Assembly (NCBI RefSeq): GCF_040938485.1
Contig: NW_027270917.1
Location: 1,364,001 to 1,428,000, forward strand
Source of the DNA: Diadema antillarum
Lineage: Eukaryota
Length of the DNA: 64,000 nt
Direction of reading: 5' to 3'
Each line of letters begins with the position of its first letter. Within the stretch, counting starts at the first letter, position 1. The position numbers and the translations under genes are program-made. Positions 60,928-64,000 of the stretch are shown here, piece by piece. The notes beneath the pieces are model-generated. The model saw nothing but the letters and a program-made list of their open reading frames with translations, was not told where the DNA came from and searched no databases.

Positions 60928-62549
60928 GACCCCGTTTATGGTGCGAGGCTCGGCCGCGGCCGAGCCCACCTTCATTTCAGTGTAAACGCGCAAAAGGCCA
61001 AATGCGAGGCCAAAATTGGCCTCGCATTTTGGCCTCGCTCTGGAGGTGGTCTCGGCCTTTTCTTGGTGTAAACGCAAACTGAGACCCCGTTTACAGTGCG
61101 GGGCTGGGCCGAGCCCAGCCTCAATTGCGAGGCCGGGCCCCGCAATTTTGTCCGTTTACACTGACCCCGTTTACAGTGCGAGGCTCCGCCGCGGCTCGAC
61201 CGCGGCTCGGCCGCGGCCTTGCCCAGCCCCGCTTCAGTGTAAACGCGCAAAAGGCCAAATGCGAGGCCAAAATTGGTTTCGCATTTGGCCTCGCTTTGGA
61301 GGTGGTCTCGGCCAATCAAAATATTGAAAGGTTTGAATCAAAAGCGCGGCCGAGCCTGGCAGTGTAAACGGACAAAATTGCGGGGCCCGGCCTTGCAATT
61401 GAGGCTGGGCTCGGCCGCGGCTCGGCCCAGCCCCGCACCTGTAAACGGGGTCACTGCTGGGCTCGGCCGCGCTTTTGATTCAAACCTTTCAATATTTTGT
61501 CGTAGTGGCGCTCTGCTTGTAAACAAATGCAATTTAGTATTGTCTGGTTTCAGACCCTTTGCCAAATGAATTCCGTGGCGACGAAGTCGCCGTTCGGGCA
61601 AAGGCCTCTGCCGAAGGAAAGAATCCTTTGCAGGACAAAACCACCTTAAACTATACTAGTTTTCGACGTTGAGGGGGTTAATATCCTAAAAAGCGAAAGA
61701 TACAGGCAGAGGGTTTGGAAGCCAGACTAAAATTGGCCGCGCAATTGGCCGCGCATTTGGCCCAGTTTGCGTTTTATACACCAAGAAAAGGCCGGGCTCG
61801 GCCGCGGCTCGGCCGCGGCCGAGACCACCTCCAGAGCAAATGCGAGGCCAATTTTGGCCTCGCATTGGCCTTTTGCGCGTTTACACTGAAGCGGGGCTGG
61901 GCACGGCCGCGGCCGAGCCTCGCACTGTAAACGGGATCTTATCCACTGTTGTTCATAAAATAGACCCCGTTTACAGTGCGAGGCCGGGCTCAGCCGCTGC
62001 TCGGCCGCGGCCGAGCCCGGCCTCAATTGCGCGGCCGAGCCCCGCGATTTTGTCCGTTTACACTGCTGGGCTCGGCCGCGCTTTTAATTAAAACCTTTCA
62101 ATATGTTGTCGTAGTGGCGCTCTACTTGTAAACAAACGCAATTTGGTATTGTCTGGTTTTCAGACCCTTTGCCAACTGAATAACGTGGCGACGAAGTCGC
62201 CGTTCGGGCAAAGGCCTTTGTCGAAGGAAAAAATCCTTTGCAGGACAAAACCGCCTTAAACTATGCTAGTTTTCGACGTTGAGTGGGTTAATATCCTGAT
62301 TAGCGAAATAGTACAGGCAGAGGGTTTGGAAGCCAGACTACAATTGGCCGCGCATTTGGCCCAGTTAGCGTTTACACTGAGAAAAGGTCGGGCTCGGCCG
62401 CGGCCGAGCCGCGGCCGAGACCACCTCCAGAGCGAGGCCAAATGCGAGGCCAATTTGGGCCTCGCATTTGGCCTTTGCGAGTTTACACTGAAGCAGGGCT
62501 GGGCCGGGCCGCGGCTCGGCCGCGGCCGAACCTCGCACTGTAAACGGGG
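60928..62549. mobile_element. Cluster of four PIF/Harbinger-like MITEs with GACCCCGTTTACAGTG TIRs, one nested inside another
   Basis: Intact copy 61963-62549; copy 61083-61940 interrupted by an inverted, internally deleted copy 61163-61452 with an ACT TSD; truncated copy 60928-61080. The many short ORFs here are spurious products of GC-rich palindromes. Confidence 0.85.
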
Positions 62550-62884
62550 TCTTAGTTACAACGTAAAATCTTGGAGTGAGGCTGTATTTTTGACGATTTT
62601 AGCTCTGATAATTCCTAATTTTTGTCACAATGAAGGCATCCATTTTGTTTCTACGTAATTGTTTGTTCGTAAAAAAACTTTCACTCCACTAATGCCTTCT
62701 CCTAAACAATGTACGCACCCATAATCCTTCAAGTGTTCCACTTACCCCATTGTTCCAGGTATCCCACTTTACCCCTAGGTGTTACAAAAACATTTCCCAC
62801 ATTTGATCCCTAATAGTTCGAAAACTATACATCAGATAACACTGTCATTGATATAGTAATAGTGAAAAATGAGGTGATTTGAAT

Positions 62885-63460
62885 ATGAGAGCATGAATCA
62901 GTTTCATTAAATCCATGATGAATTTCAAAGTTAGGCTTAAGTTCCAGATTTGGGTCTCATTTGAACCCTCTGTACAAAATTGAACTTTACACAGGAAGCA
63001 GTGAAGTGTATGTGAGTGTGTGTTTATAATGACCCTGAACAATAGACATGAATACCACGAATAACACCTTTTCAGAGCTCCGCTGACTAGGTTTCTGGTC
63101 TCTCGCTCCAAGGCACATGAATGCTTTATTAATAATTCATGATTTATTAATAATTCATGATTAATTGCCCTGGGCACTGCTAGTCTGAATTCATGGTAAA
63201 TGGTAAAGTGCATACACATGAAAAAGTATGCACATGTTTTCATATGCTTGCAGCCTTGCAAACACTACTTTAGGATAAAAAAAGACTACGCTGTGATAGT
63301 GGAATTTCTCATGAATATTTAATAGAACATTCAAACCCTGGCCATTGTTCAGGACCATTCAAATTAAAGTTTTGTACAGAAGGTTGAAATTAGAGCAAAA
63401 TCTGAAACCTAACTTAAAAATAAATCTTGAATTTAACGAAACTAATTTATGCTTTCATTT
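62885..63460. mobile_element. Decayed MITE with ~110-bp inverted arms
   Basis: agttaggcttaagttccagatt..tttgaaccctctgtacaaaattgaactt is inverted at 63365-63440 (aagttttgtacagaaggttgaaa..aatctgaaacctaactt). Confidence 0.5.
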
Positions 63461-64000
63461 TTAAATTACCTCCTAAAAAATTGTACACTATTCGACTATT
63501 GCTCATTTCAATGTCAGTGTTATCTGATAAATAGTTATTTCTTATCTATTAATGATCCCAAGTGGGATTTTTTTTTAAATAATACCTAATACCTCCCTCC
63601 TCTCGTGTTTATCTTCATTATCTGCGGTATTTGTTCCAGTACACACAAAAAATAATGAATAAAATAATGTGAATTAACAAATAAACAAATCAATAAGCCA
63701 GTTCGGGGTTCCAGTTTGAGCATGAGCAGAAAAAGGTCCTTTGTACCAAGAGACAGGTTGGTTTTTAATTTCACTGAGATAAGCATCTGTAATGCTATGA
63801 TTATTCATGATGGAATCCTTATAAATGGTGCCTGCCAGTACATCCACCTGACAGCAAGCCTGGTATTTGGCAATGTTAACAGAAAAAGTTTGTTAATGTT
63901 TCAAAACAGCACAATGAAATAGATGCTTCCCAAAGTGTTTATTGACATAACAATTCTGGTTATTTCATCTACATAGGTTCATTCTTCGTTAGAATGCGAG

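Noticed and set aside
59946-62778. Possible 2.8-kb element bounded by TAGGG(G)TAAAGTGGG inverted ends enclosing the MITE cluster
   Set aside because: The match is short and imperfect and could equally be two separate remnants. I could not confirm a single element.
63747-63847. Minus-strand exon-like block (VDVLAGTIYKDSIMNNHSITDAYLSEIKNQPVS)
   Set aside because: The donor is weak, it is not SLC7-like, its phase is incompatible with the next SLC7 exon, and I recognise no family.

Overview
Eukaryotic, intron-rich and AT-rich genomic DNA. It is most likely an echinoderm (sea urchin): this is inferred from a fibropellin-type avidin domain and the repeat landscape, not from a database search. I reconstructed four genes by hand with phase-consistent GT-AG junctions: (1) an SLC52-family riboflavin transporter (+, 4971-7232, 2 coding exons); (2) a convergent, secreted, stand-alone avidin-family protein (-, 11488-15285, 6 coding exons, 256 aa) that keeps most biotin-pocket residues and has a His-rich N-terminal extension; (3) TANGO6 (+, 28699-46056, 14 exons, about 1245 aa); (4) the 3' half of an SLC7 xCT/SLC7A11-like transporter (-, 49600-57945, 8 exons; I found no 5' exons inside the window). 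A weaker set of candidate exons at about 17.3-20.3 kb may encode a ZU5-like protein. The rest is non-autonomous transposon debris. It includes a 1365-bp near-perfect palindrome in TANGO6 intron 1 and a 2.55-kb foldback element, which share YAGTCC termini and 4-bp TSDs. It also includes a Helentron/HINE (pearl/Tsp-like) element, nested PIF/Harbinger-like MITEs, TTAA-flanked MITEs, a tRNA-derived SINE, a ~245-bp tandem array and microsatellites. There is a 133-N assembly gap at 15514-15646. I saw no rRNA, true tRNA, CRISPR array or transposase ORF.
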